Below are positions 1 through 12,165 of a DNA stretch of 40,695 nt, piece after piece. Origin of the DNA: Octopus bimaculoides (taxonomy: Eukaryota). The notes under the pieces were generated by a model. It was not told where the DNA came from, did no database searches, and saw only the letters and a program-made list of their open reading frames with translations. A program made the translations under genes and the position numbers. How positions within the stretch are numbered: position 1 is the first letter of the stretch; each line of letters begins with the position of its first letter. The stretch spans positions 845,309-886,003 of the forward strand of contig NC_068991.1 of NCBI RefSeq assembly GCF_001194135.2, given 5' to 3'.

Positions 1-59
<59 letters not shown>

Positions 60-61
60 CA

Positions 62-137
<76 letters not shown>

Positions 138-168
138 CATTATTATTATCATTATTATTATCATTATT
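1..168. repeat. (ATT)n/(ATC) microsatellite
   Basis: Direct reading. Confidence 0.95.
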
Positions 169-802
169 GTTGGAAGCATTATTGTTGTCGTTGTTATTTC
201 CATTATATTGCTCTGTTTTTCACTAATGTTCCAATTAAAGCCGTTCAGCTTCCTGTTTGTGCTACACAGAAACAATGCTTGCTGGGATACGTTGTATTTT
301 TCTGTTGGTTTTCAGTGCTTCTCCAGAATGGCTGTCAATCATTCCAACAAATCTCATATAAAACCCACATTTAAAGCTTATTATTTCTGTAAACCTGTTA
401 AGAACCCAGACCCGACAGGAAAGAATAGGTTTCTTTAATTTTTTTCTTTTTTTTTTTGGCGGGAGGGGATGGAAAATACTACCCTGTCCTCCATTGCTGA
501 CTTTCCTGCAAACACCAACAATAAAGTACTGCCTTCACATCGGATGTCACGATACTTCTATAACTGCTGCTGCTGCTAGAGTTGCTGCTGTTGTGGCTGC
601 TAAAGATATAAACATCATAGAACTTGACCAAAAGACGGTCATTTATTAGATTGGTTAAAAACTCACACAGAAACACAATCCGTGCAGTGAAAGACATGTT
701 TCCTCTCTCAGTCTCACCTCGTCTCCCACGACTACGACTCTCCCTGCTTCTCCCATCTCACCAGCTGCCTACCACTTCCCCCATTCGCTCCAATCAATAT
801 TA

Positions 803-1070
803 CTTAAATTTCGACTAAATTCAATTCCAAGTTTAAAGACTTGGTTTTATTCAATTACTAAGTTATTCTGAAGAACATTCCACTACAGTGGCGTATCTAC
901 TAGAATCTTTAGCATTGCCCCTGGATGGCTGCAGTCTAATGACTGAAACAAGTAAATGATGACAAATTGTCACAACTTAGCACTAAGAGGATTCGAGACG
1001 GTTTCCTCCGGAGACACAACGAGGCTGATTTTTTAAAAACTGCCTACAAGATCTTGTCGTATTGTTGCTA
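803..1070 (+). repeat. Interspersed repeat copy, inverted relative to 2157-2376, with a ~50-bp SINE-tail-like insertion near 918-965
   Basis: cttaaatttcgactaaattcaattccaag...gttattctgaagaaca...aactgcctacaagatctt aligns to the reverse complement of 2157-2376. Confidence 0.75.
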
Positions 1071-2156
1071 TAACATTCAACCCTCGTCTCATTTATGGGG
1101 AATTTGCGAGCTATTTCTAGCTGTAGATGTGATTCCGAAAAGATTCCCACAATTGTTCTGGTTCGTGCAATGGTCTGTAGCCGAAAAGGCTTTCAATTAC
1201 CTCAGTCTGACTCACAGTATGCAGGTTCCATGGTTAAGTACAGCTACACAGAGGCGTGCAGTGAAGTACTTACGACTTACCTATGTAAGCAGAGGGAACG
1301 CTACATATTTAACGACTGTTTCCTTTGCTTACTGTACTGAGTTCATGTACTCAGTCGGAAAAAAGAAAAGAAGAGGTAGTCTAATACTCAGCCTTAGATC
1401 AGAGTACACCAATTTCTCCGTGAAACATTTGTGCCCTGGGTTTTATTGCAGTCTGCGAGTAACGGTTAATGTAGTTGACAGTCTACTTCATGTTTAAGTA
1501 TATTGTTGTTGTTAAACCCTAGGTTAACCCTTATCGACCAGTCTGGCGATCAAAGCTGTATCAGCTGTCACTATTCAAACACTGCCTGTTGTTTAATCTA
1601 TGACCCAAGCCATTCCAACCTTGTTCTTCTCGATATGTTTGTCGTTATGACACTGTCTATCTTGGACTACATTATCCAATTTGTTATTCCTTTTTTAAGA
1701 TGGAAAAATGTAACTTGATGGATAGAAGGCTGTTATTTCTAGCAAATGGAGACGTCCCGTGGAGGGTCTCCCATGTTGACTTCGTGTTTTCTTGCAACTT
1801 CAGAAACGTTTGTCGCTTTCAGTGCAATGTAGCACCAGAAATAAGAAGCAGATCATCGGTCACCAATTCGTTGTTTTTGTGTGTGTGTGTGTGGGGGGGG
1901 GGGGGTTATTGTATAAAAGTCGACCTCATCAGATCTTAAATCAAAGTAATCACTCAATCTGCGAGAACGAGAAGCGAATATTTTCTGCAGTAACAAATGA
2001 TTCTCTTAAAAATAGGACTCGTTAGATAATGTGATGTGAGACATATCTACAAATGTCATGGCGGCATCTGGTCTGCTGGATTAGAGCTGGCTTGGAAATA
2101 AGCAACATCAACAAGAACAAGAACAAGAACAACAGCAACAACAACAATAGCATCAC

Positions 2157-2376
2157 TAACAACAACTAGAAGATCTTGCAGGCAGTTAAAAAAAATCAAC
2201 CTTCTTGTTTCCCCAGAGGAGATCATCTAGAATTCTCTTAGTGCCAAACTGTGACAATGCTAAAGTTTCTAGTAGATATACCGCTGTAGTGGAGTGTTCT
2301 TCAGAATAACTTAGCAATTGAATGGAACCATGTCTTTAAACTAACAACTTGGAATTGAATTTAGTCGAAATTTAAG
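2157..2376 (-). repeat. Interspersed repeat copy, inverted partner of 803-1070
   Basis: Reverse complement aligns with 803-1070 over about 220 bp. Confidence 0.75.
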
Positions 2377-2617
2377 ACGGCTTCCTTCCAGAAATCCGAT
2401 TTTCTTCCATGACTCACAGCTATCAGATATAACTTCATTGGAGTTGAAGAGGTTAGAAATCTTTCAAATATTTTCTGTTACGTGTGACTTTTATGTTATT
2501 TTTTAAATGTCAAATTACTTGATATATTGTGTGGGCATTGCAAGGCTGGCAATGGTAGTTCCAGCAAAGACGGCGGCCATCTTGCCTCTCTTGCTTATCT
2601 CGGTTATCGTTCCACTA

Positions 2618-2648
<31 letters not shown>

Positions 2649-2744
2649 CACCTATAATTCTTAGGTTCTTCAATAGACCATTGGAATGGTGACTTATTTC
2701 CATCAGATGAACTAATGATTAATTGAATCAAACAGCCAATAGAC

Positions 2745-2910
2745 GCAGACATGTCTGTGTGATTAAGAAATTCACTTCGCTTCTATGTGGTTTCAGGATC
2801 AATCCCACTGCACGGCAGCTTGGAGTAAATGTCTCCTACCTCCTCATATAAACACTACCAAAGCCTTTTTGGTGAAGAAAATTTGTGCAAGACAGTCTGT
2901 GAGACCTTCC
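2745..2910 (+). mobile_element. Degenerate tRNA-derived SINE
   Basis: gtctgtgtgattaag...ggatcaatcccactgcacggcagcttggagtaaatgtctcctac...accaaagcctt resembles an abundant cephalopod SINE head and body, with a decayed B-box. Confidence 0.5.
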
Positions 2911-3321
2911 CCAGCCTTGATTGGTAAAGTTAATCACGTGTCTTTAATGGAATGCCTTCGATGCAAGTATTCAGGTCTCCTGTTTGAGAGTAAATTCCTA
3001 CCAAGCATTGAGTCCTCTGAAGAACGGTGATGTAGGCCTCCATCCCTCAACTGACTCGACTGAGCCATACACTCCTCACCTAGACTTTGAATTAGTGACG
3101 AGGTGGTCTTAAATAGAACGCCTTTCCTCATAATCTGCTTGTTTACGGGTGACTCAGGGTTACACAGCAACAACAATAACAATATTTGAACCGATCCTGC
3201 TTCCTCAGAATTATATCCCTCCGGTATTTTCGTTAGTGACGTCACCAATAAGATATTCACTCAAATATCAACCGGACTGCGAACTGAACAATCTGAGAGC
3301 GGTAACTATTTCAAACTTAGA

Positions 3322-3324
<3 letters not shown>

Positions 3325-3399
<75 letters not shown>

Positions 3400-3420
3400 C
3401 TCTCTTTCCTTCTCCCCCCC
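3325..3420. repeat. (TC)n microsatellite
   Basis: Direct reading; abuts the gap at 3423-3435. Confidence 0.95.
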
Positions 3421-3459
3421 CCNNNNNNNNNNNNNTACCCACAAGGTGTGCACAGACAT

Positions 3460-4260
3460 ATAGTCAGAATAGTTGGTGGAGGTTCGTTTTCCATGGGTTC
3501 GCAAATGAGATTTGAGTCCAGCAAAAGAAAGGCATCGTCTGTCACAAACTGTGTACCCAGAAAAGTCATTGTGATTCACCTTCTCGATCGCAACATTCTT
3601 CCTTAGATCTCTTTTGAGTCTTACTTGCGTTATCCTGGCCTCTTCAAACGCTTTCACTCCACTCCACACTTTTGTTTCCCATCCAACTCGATCCGAAGCA
3701 AGTGTTTCTATGTCCTCTGAAACCATTCCAAGTGACTTCATAGTAGTCATTACGCCGTCCTTAAACCTTTATTTAGGTTTACGCTGATAGCATTTCCCTT
3801 CCGCAAGCTCACCATAAAACAACTGTTTCAGCATGCGTTCATCCGCCATTCAAACAATATGGCCACACCATCTCATTTGGTTCCTCAAAATCATAGCTTT
3901 AATTGAGGTGATGCCTGCAGATGCAAGGACATCTGTGTTTGGAGTAAAAGAACTCCATTTAATGTTTAAAATGCAATAAAGGCATTTTTGGTGGAATTGT
4001 TCTAACAATTTAAAATGTCTTTCATAACATGTCCAAGTTTCACAAAATACAACAGGAATAGTAAGACAAATGATTTGTAAAGAACCATCTTTGTATTCTT
4101 ATTTATATGTCACTGGCACCAAACGTGTGACTCTAAGCCACCAAATGCTTTTGCTGCCCTTTGAATTCGCAGACGTATTTCTGTATCCAGATTTCCATCA
4201 TTTTGTACAGAGCTTCCAAGGTAGATGAACGAATCGACAACCTCACGTAACTTACCCTTA
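3460..4260 (-). mobile_element. RTE-clade LINE relic: RT C-terminus and thumb through a C-terminal C2H2-like finger; contains stops and frameshifts
   Basis: Translations include VVDSFIYLGSSVQNDGNLDTEIRLRIQRAAKAFGGL, CETWTCYERHFKLLEQFHQKCLYCILNIKW, MRWCGHIV*MADERMLKQLFYGELAEG and YTVCDRRCLSFAGLKSHLRTH. Confidence 0.9.
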
Positions 4261-5419
4261 ACAAAAATTTTATATATATATTTATAACAGCGATCACCAA
4301 TCTGCTACTCGCGAATAACACGAAGGTCTTCAGCATTCAATACACGGGGGAGTGAAAATACGTTGGCTGAGATCCTTTTTTTCATCACATCTAACACAAA
4401 GAAAAGCCAAGAAAATATTTCAAACTTGTTATGAAGTGAGAGAAGCCCATGAAATTTTAATGTTTCTGGGTTCTCACTATAAAAAAACTTATTTAGGAAC
4501 TGAAATGATCAACGAAAGAAAGCATTCAAACGTGTTTTTGATGAAATTCGTAGTTTCACCAAGTTTTGCTTCCAGCCGACCAAACTTAATTATTAACACT
4601 TTTTACATAGGCCTTGAATATTCTTTTCTTCATTTCGCAACGATTAACCGAAGAATTTGAATACTAATTTTAATGTTAGGAGGACTAAATAAAGCTTTGT
4701 TCTTGATTGCTGAAGGAAAAATTGGTGGGCAGCAGCAAGACTTAAGCTATTTCTAGTGATCAAGGGTTAGAGAAGAATGTCAGCGAACGGACGCTGTGTA
4801 CTTGGACAGTTTAACCAAAGACAGCGAAGAAAGCAAAAAGAATTTTGTAATTCAGTGAGTTCTGTTAAATCTGCTGCCAGGATTTACAATTGTATCAAAC
4901 TTAACATTTAAATTCACATTCTTCTGCTTCCATATTTACTTTTAAAAAATATATTCTTAAATCTCTTGTTTTTTGTTTTATTAAAACTGCTGCAAGCTTT
5001 AAGTCGTAAAGAATTATTTAACAGGTTTTCTTATACATTTTCTTGTGTGTAATTCACCAGAAATAACCCGGTTTTCTACATTTTCCCTTAATCTTGTTTG
5101 CTAACTGCAAATACCCAGAGAGGAGGGTGTACCAGTTAAAGATGGGAGAGAAGATCTTGCTCTACTAGAAACAGCAGCCAAATTACACTTTGGAAAGACG
5201 ACATTAGACAATGAGCAGTTGTTTCCCACCGCACTTAAAACAGATGCGATGTTCACGGTGGGAATCCCTTTTATTCTAGGTTAGTCTGATTTGGGCTGAC
5301 CTGGAGCAAATAAAAACAACAACAGAGCCTGTATGTGCTCGCTCATAAACAATCAATTTTCCTTCATCAGATGGCGTCCCCTATCATTTAAATATTTCTA
5401 ACATTGAAATAAATAAACA

Positions 5420-5760
5420 ATCAAATAATTTTAAAAACTAACAAACATCGGAAATTATAAAATATTTGCGAAGCTGCTGCTGCTGCTGCTGCCGCTAGGC
5501 ATGATGGTAGTGGTGATGGTGATAGTGACGGATTTGGTGTTGGCGACAGGGATAATATTAGTGGTGGTGGATTTGGTAATTGTGGTGTTGGTGAAGGTAA
5601 TATTTGTGGGGATACGGGTGGTAGTGATGCTGTATTTATGGCGGCGATCGTGTTATTTGTGTTGGTTGTGATGATGATGATGGTGGACAGGTGTTTTTGG
5701 TAGTGAAGATCTTGATGATGATGGTCGTGGTGGTGGTTGGTGGTGATGGTAGTGGTGAAA
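5420..5760. repeat. Degenerate (GGT/GAT/GCT)n low-complexity tract
   Basis: Direct reading. Confidence 0.8.
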
Positions 5761-6183
5761 TAGCTGATACATTTCGAATACAAGTTTTGCGAAACAGTGG
5801 TTGTTGAAATTGTGTGACTGAATATGACGTCATCAAATGATTAGAAACATAAAAAGGAAGATGGAAATTGAAATATTAAACCAAAACAGGAGGATGATCT
5901 AGAATCCACCATTAAAGAAGGTAAACCGTTGTCTTCCATTATTACAATCCTCCATACGGATTAGTCCAGAACATGTTATGTTGGAAAATGCCAAGAACTT
6001 GAAACAGTAGAAAGAAGCAAATCAATGAAAATATTCCATTTGAATCGGAATAACTGAGGATTAACTTGAGTTGAAAGTACCATTAAGGAACGAGCAGACG
6101 ACAGTTGATAAAGAAGCTCAATAAAGAAGCGAATACAGTGACTGAAGCTAGTTTTGTTATGAGTGTATATGTACAGACAGACA

Positions 6184-6255
<72 letters not shown>

Positions 6256-7183
6256 NNNNNNNNNNNNNNNNNNNNNNNNNNNNNNNNNNNNNNNNNNNNN
6301 NNNNNNNNNNNNNNNNNNNNNNNNNNNNNNNNNNNNNNNNNNNNNNNNNNNNNNNNNNNNNNNNNNNNNNNNNNNNNNNNNNNNNNNNNNNNNNNNNNNN
6401 NNNNNNNNNNNNNNNNNNNNNNNNNNNNNNNNNNNNNNNNNNNNNNNNNNNNNNNNNNNNNNNNNNNNNNNNNNNNNNNNNNNNNNNNNNNNNNNNNNNN
6501 NNNNNNNNNNNNNNNNNNNNNNNNNNNNNNNNNNNNNNNNNNNNNNNNNNNNNNNNNNNNNNNNNNNNNNNNNNNNNNNNNNNNNNNNNNNNNNNNNNNN
6601 NNNNNNNNNNNNNNNNNNNNNNNNNNNNNNNNNNNNNNNNNNNNNNNNNNNNNNNNNNNNNNNNNNNNNNNNNNNNNNNNNNNNNNNNNNNNNNNNNNNN
6701 NNNNNNNNNNNNNNNNNNNNNNNNNNNNNNNNNNNNNNNNNNNNNNNNNNNNNNNNNNNNNNNNNNNNNNNNNNNNNNNNNNNNNNNNNNNNNNNNNNNN
6801 NNNNNNNNNNNNNNNNNNNNNNNNNNNNNNNNNNNNNNNNNNNNNNNNNNNNNNNNNNNNNNNNNNNNNNNNNNNNNNNNNNNNNNNNNNNNNNNNNNNN
6901 NNNNNNNNNNNNNNNNNNNNNNNNNNNNNNNNNNNNNNNNNNNNNNNNNNNNNNNNNNNNNNNNNNNNNNNNNNNNNNNNNNNNNNNNNNNNNNNNNNNN
7001 NNNNNNNNNNNNNNNNNNNNNNNNNNNNNNNNNNNNNNNNNNNNNNNNNNNNNNNNNNNNNNNNNNNNNNNNNNNNNNNNNNNNNNNNNNNNNNNNNNTA
7101 TATATATATATACACACACACACAGACTCACATATATATATATGCATGTATGTGCGTGTGTATATATATATGCATGTATTTGC

Positions 7184-7220
<37 letters not shown>

Positions 7221-8128
7221 TGTATGTATGTATATATAATTTGTCAAACTATAGAGCTGATTCAAGGGTTGAGAATAGAAGCGTATGTATTATGCCTGAC
7301 CACACATGTGCGCGCATACACACAAACATACAGATGAAAGTATATTTTGTTACGGCTTCGTTGTATATACATCAACACATGCATATATGCGTGTATATGT
7401 GTTAATATGTGAATGAACGAGTGTCTGTGTGTGCATGTGTGTGTGTGTGCGTGTGCGTGTGCGTGCGTGTGTGGCGTGAAGGAATACAATATCTCGACGA
7501 CATTATTATAATATCATCACCGGGGATATCTGAGCCGTGGGATAACTAATAATATCAACATGATATCCGATATTAGGAGATCTTAAGAAAGAATAGTTGA
7601 AGGGCGATGTATCTGGAGCGTCCGCGGTATCAAACTGTTTGTTATCATCCACAGATATTTATACAATTGTCATAAATATTTTAGCGCATGGTTACTCACT
7701 GATATATAATCAACGGTCAACGAGAGGAACAGAAACGAAGTGGTCGATGGGATATGGATTGTTTATTGATTGATTTAATGTTTGAATGGCGGAAGAGACC
7801 GCGACACCAAACCAGAGTATTTTCTACATCCCAATGCATACATATAGAAACATATACGTACGTTATGAATATAAATATGGATGTGTCTGTGCGTGCGTGT
7901 ATGTATGTGTGTGTATATATATGAGAAATTAAAATGACACAGAAACCTGAAATTATGTAATGCACTCCATTAGCTTACAGCTGTTTCTGCTATAAGATGC
8001 AATGAACTCAGAGTTGAATGCATGAGTATCACCCTATAAACTTCATCAGAGACCAAACATGAAATGCAATCTATTTGGGAAAACATTTACAATTATGTAT
8101 ATACACAGAAAAGCATCGCCAATGAATA

Positions 8129-8175
<47 letters not shown>

Positions 8176-8494
8176 NNNNNNNNNNNNNNNNNNNNNNNNN
8201 NNNNNNNNNNNNNNNNNNNNNNNNNNNNNNNNNNNNNNNNNNNNNNNNNNNNNNNNNNNNNNNNNNNNNNNNNNNNNNNNNNNNNNNNNNNNNNNNNNNN
8301 NNNNNNNNNNNNNNNNNNNNNNNNNNNNNNNNNNNNNNNNNNNNNNNNNNNNNNNNNNNNNNNNNNNNNNNNNNNNNNNNNNNNNNNNNNNNNNNNNNNN
8401 NNNNNNNNNNNNNNNNNNNNNNNNNNNNNNNNNNNNNNNNNNNNNNNNNNNNNNNNNNNNNNNNNNNNNNNNNNNNNNNNNNNNNNNNNNNNNN

Positions 8495-8530
<36 letters not shown>

Positions 8531-8797
8531 CATACAGGTACGTACGTGTCGAATTCTACCTGGAATGTCCATCAAAATCTAAAGTGTGCTTTTTTAAGAT
8601 GGGAAGGTTGGTGACTGTTGGCGATTTAGCTGCTATTACTAGCAGATGGAGCAATCATGTCGCGACTGCCCTCCTGGGTATTTTGTTCATGTTTTCAGTG
8701 CGCAGGTGCAAAATGGGGAGTAAGTATGTAATTATGGAGCTAACTGCATTTTTTGTTGTCTAGTTTTGAGTTAATACTGTTGTCATTTGTGTTTCTG

Positions 8798-8811
8798 CCA
8801 CTAGGTGGCAG
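8798..8811 (+). promoter_or_regulatory. CTCF-like binding motif
   Basis: CCACTAGGTGGCAG matches the CCASYAGRKGGCRS core at 14 of 14 positions; binding is untested. Confidence 0.45.
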
Positions 8812-8954
8812 CAGCGACAGCAATAGTTAAGGCAAGGCCACTTGATTAGTCAGACATTTACATTCGCTTCTGGAGTGAGAGATGTACATTTAAGAGGTAA
8901 TCTGTAGCAATATGGACGAAGAAATGAGTGAGAAAGAGACAGAAAGAAAGAGAT

Positions 8955-9072
<118 letters not shown>

Positions 9073-9507
9073 TGTGTGAGAGAGAGAAGTAAGAATTGAC
9101 ATTGTTTGAATTGCAATTTGGAATTGTAGAGATTTGCAGAGTGTGTTGCACACAACACCTTGTAATTAAATAACTTGTGACAAACAAAACACGGATTTGT
9201 TAAGAACACGAAACATGGGAAGAAATCACAAATGAATACGTCAACAACGTCGAACTGGTTCCGGCTAAATCAGCAGGCTGTGCAAGAACACCACAATTAT
9301 TTGCATATTGGATAATGTACTCCCAGATACATTTGCTCGAAACAACGAAAAAACAAAACAAACAAACAAGCAAACACGAGATGGTTATGGTTGAAACCTT
9401 GATTTGTACAAATATAAAATGGTGTTTAAGCAAATCTGCGTTCAAACACTAAACACGATTTAGTTTAGATTTTCTGAATCAGGATTGTCCTCTGGCTAAA
9501 AAGACAA

Positions 9508-9606
9508 CAATAATAATAATAATAATAATAATACATGCAGACACACGCATATAAATAAACATATATATGTACATAGATATATATATGTATATGTATGTGT
9601 GTATAC

Positions 9607-9672
<66 letters not shown>

Positions 9673-9674
9673 GT

Positions 9675-9761
<87 letters not shown>

Positions 9762-9762
9762 T
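9508..9762. repeat. Compound (AAT)n/(CA)n/(TA)n microsatellite
   Basis: Direct reading. Confidence 0.9.
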
Positions 9763-9764
9763 AC

Positions 9765-10545
9765 AGCTTTATTTTTTTCCCGCCAAACTAATGCTGCGTG
9801 GGAAAAATCCTTTAGGTGGGAGATGAATCCACTCTTCCTGCGCAAGCGATAAAATTTTCGCGCTGTTAGGTTGCGTCAGTTCGCGGCTGTTACGCCTATA
9901 GTACAGACCTGCAGTGCGCGCTGGTCGGATTTTCGTTTTCACTGGACGCATCGAACAGAGAGAGATATTGCATCAAATTTTCACAAAAAGCTTGGTGGTA
10001 CTCAAGCTCAAACCGTCTAAAAGATTCAGCAAGCTTTTGGTGATGATACCATGGCCAAAACTCAATGGAGAGGCACGCTGAGATAGGTCATCCATACGCC
10101 AAAACGAGGAACCTTCTCAGAAGGTTCTGCGAGTAGTCATAGAAGACCGTCGTGTAACAATCCAAGAAACTGCTCACGAAGTTATGATAATCACTGGATG
10201 AGTTGATTCCATTTTAACGAAGGATTTGTGTATGCTGTGAGTGTCGGCGAAATTCGTGCCCAAGGTGCTGGTGGAGAGGCAGAAACGATACCACATGGAA
10301 ATCGCTCAGAACATGCTGTACTGTGCAAACCACGACCCAGGTTTCATGAAGACCGTCCTCATTGGTGATGAGACATGGGTTCGATGTGATCGGTCATCTT
10401 GATTGAAACCAAAAATCCAACGAGTGCGCTCTAAACGTCTGTACTCTAGTCGTATCAGCCGAGAACTGAAGCGACCTACCGGCGCGTAAATTTTCACTAC
10501 GCATGCGCAGCAAAACGTCACCTCCCACCGAAAGGATTTCAGTTG
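9765..10545 (+). mobile_element. Internally deleted mariner transposon relic with inverted subterminal repeats
   Basis: Translations include YCIKFSQKLGGTQAQTV*KIQQAFGDDTM, EDRRVT, VSAKFVPKVL and GFMKTVLIGDETWV (first D of the DDD triad). The ~60-bp imperfect inverted repeats are at ~9804-9864 and ~10481-10540 (aaatccttt.ggtgggag...ctgcgca.gcg...aaaattt.cgcgc). Confidence 0.88.
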
Positions 10546-11304
10546 AATTTAAGACGGTTATTCCAACTGCTAACTCTACTAACCTTGTTCCTGAAGACGC
10601 CTGAAGATTCTGAGGCTATGAGCAGTTATACTCTATAGCGAGATAGTATCTCCGGGCAAATACCATTGTAACTTTGCCTTTCAACAACGTATTTACACTA
10701 AGTTCGGTGTATAGATGGATATGTATACGTGTGTGCGCGTGTATGTATTTATATGCGTATATATCGCTATGGTTGCATAAAATTGCATGCATAGATACAT
10801 ATTTGCATATACATACACACACAAACACTTACACACACACACACATATATACAATACATACAGGTGTGTGTGAGTGTGTGTAATGTATGTGCAATGGTTG
10901 TGTATGGGTGTGACAGATGGCGGTGGCTTGATTATGTTATTTTGAGTCATTAGTCATCAGTCAATGAGCAATTATTGGTTTGGCAGTCAATTGTGAGGAA
11001 TGGTAGAAACAATACTGCCATATCAATAGCATTGGCAGTAATTCAACTGGAAGTCTTTCAGGAATATTCCAGTCACGTAATAACAGATGATTCGAAACAG
11101 TGCCAGAGAAAACACTTCCTGTCTACAAACAACCATATCTTCAACCAACACAACTACCGCCATCTGGTGGGGAAAATAATGACGTTTTTCACTGGTTGGT
11201 TGAATCGAGAAAACAAGCAAGATGAACGGTTTATAATTGTAATTGGTCGTTGGTGACGTATGTGTGTGTGTATAAATACACACAAGCGCGCGCATACATA
11301 CATA

Positions 11305-11355
<51 letters not shown>

Positions 11356-11364
11356 TATATACAT

Positions 11365-11595
11365 ACAGGGTATGGCTGCGAGAGTTTTTTCAGGATATTT
11401 AATTTTCAATATATTACTCTCTTCAAAGTAATTAAAAGGATTTTATTTCTTCTCAAATTCCCCATGGCAGATAAAATGCAAAGACAAGAAATGAAAAGCG
11501 AAGCTGCCATATATGCGGAACACAGCGATTTAGAAATTACCAGCTTTCTAAACGTTACAAGATCTTTTGTACAGAAAATCCGGATGGAACTGGTG
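11365..11595 (+). mobile_element. Tc1/IS630-like transposase N-terminal relic, interrupted by a SINE
   Basis: MQRQEMKSEAAIYAEHSDLEITSFLNVTRSFVQKIRMEL resembles the N-terminal HTH of an abundant octopus Tc1-like family (from memory); begins at a TACAGGG-like end. Confidence 0.55.
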
Positions 11596-11785
11596 AGCAT
11601 TCCGCAGACACTCGTACCTTTAACATAGTTCTCAGGTTCAGCGTGACACAGATTGTGACAAAGCTGGCCCCTTTTGAATTGCAGGTACAACTCATTTTCG
11701 CCATCTGAGTGGACTAGAAGAACGTAAAAAAAAAGTGTCGTGCTCAATAACACGACGCGCATCAGAAATAGGAATGATCTCGTAC
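11595..11785 (-). mobile_element. tRNA-derived SINE (second family), head decayed
   Basis: Minus strand reads cgcgtcgtgttattgagcacgacacttt...cgttcttctagtccactcagatggcgaaaatgagttgtacctgcaattcaaaaggggccagctttgtcacaatctgtgtcacgctgaa. Confidence 0.65.
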
Positions 11786-12095
11786 AATGCTGTCTTCATC
11801 TTTTTGTGTGTCTCATGGACATTATTTTCTGGATGTTGAAAGCGAAGCCTCATATCCTGAGTGCATTCTATATAGGACCGCTAGAGAATATGGATAATTT
11901 TATTAGTTGTTTTAGATGTTACAATTGACTGCGTAGGAAAACTGCAAATCAAAGTGCGTGGCAGCGGTGACCGCCGCCGTCTCTCGCTGTCTTCTGTGCT
12001 GCCACCAATTATGACTGAGAGAAAAGGTGAGATCAATTACATACGTCAGACAATGATAGGACATGATTGTTGATACATGACGTGTGTCAGTTAAG

Positions 12096-12162
<67 letters not shown>

Positions 12163-12165
12163 TGC
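12096..12165. repeat. (CTA)n(CTG)n microsatellite
   Basis: Direct reading. Confidence 0.9.

Noticed and set aside
860-915. CTGAAGA...GAAT/GAAA in the inverted repeat copies (also about 2260-2305)
   Set aside because: Helix II does not close and there is no helix I pairing.
967-3260. ORFs 967..1497, 2507..2692, 2515..2703 and 2934..3260
   Set aside because: No family motifs. They overlap interspersed repeats or a (CCG/CCA)n tract that explains the poly-Pro/poly-Gly.
3236-5833. Isolated CRE palindromes GTGACGTCAC (3236) and ATGACGTCAT (5824)
   Set aside because: Single short motifs without a supporting cluster; expected by chance in 40 kb.
6050-6090. CTGAGGA...GAAA-GTAC-CA hammerhead-like string
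   Set aside because: U16.1 is C, the helix II base is T.T, and helix I has only 3 bp; compatible with chance.
10585-10630. CTGAAGA-cGCCT...AGGC hammerhead-like string
   Set aside because: The GAAA core is absent (ATGAG) and no cleavage triplet or helix I can be assigned.
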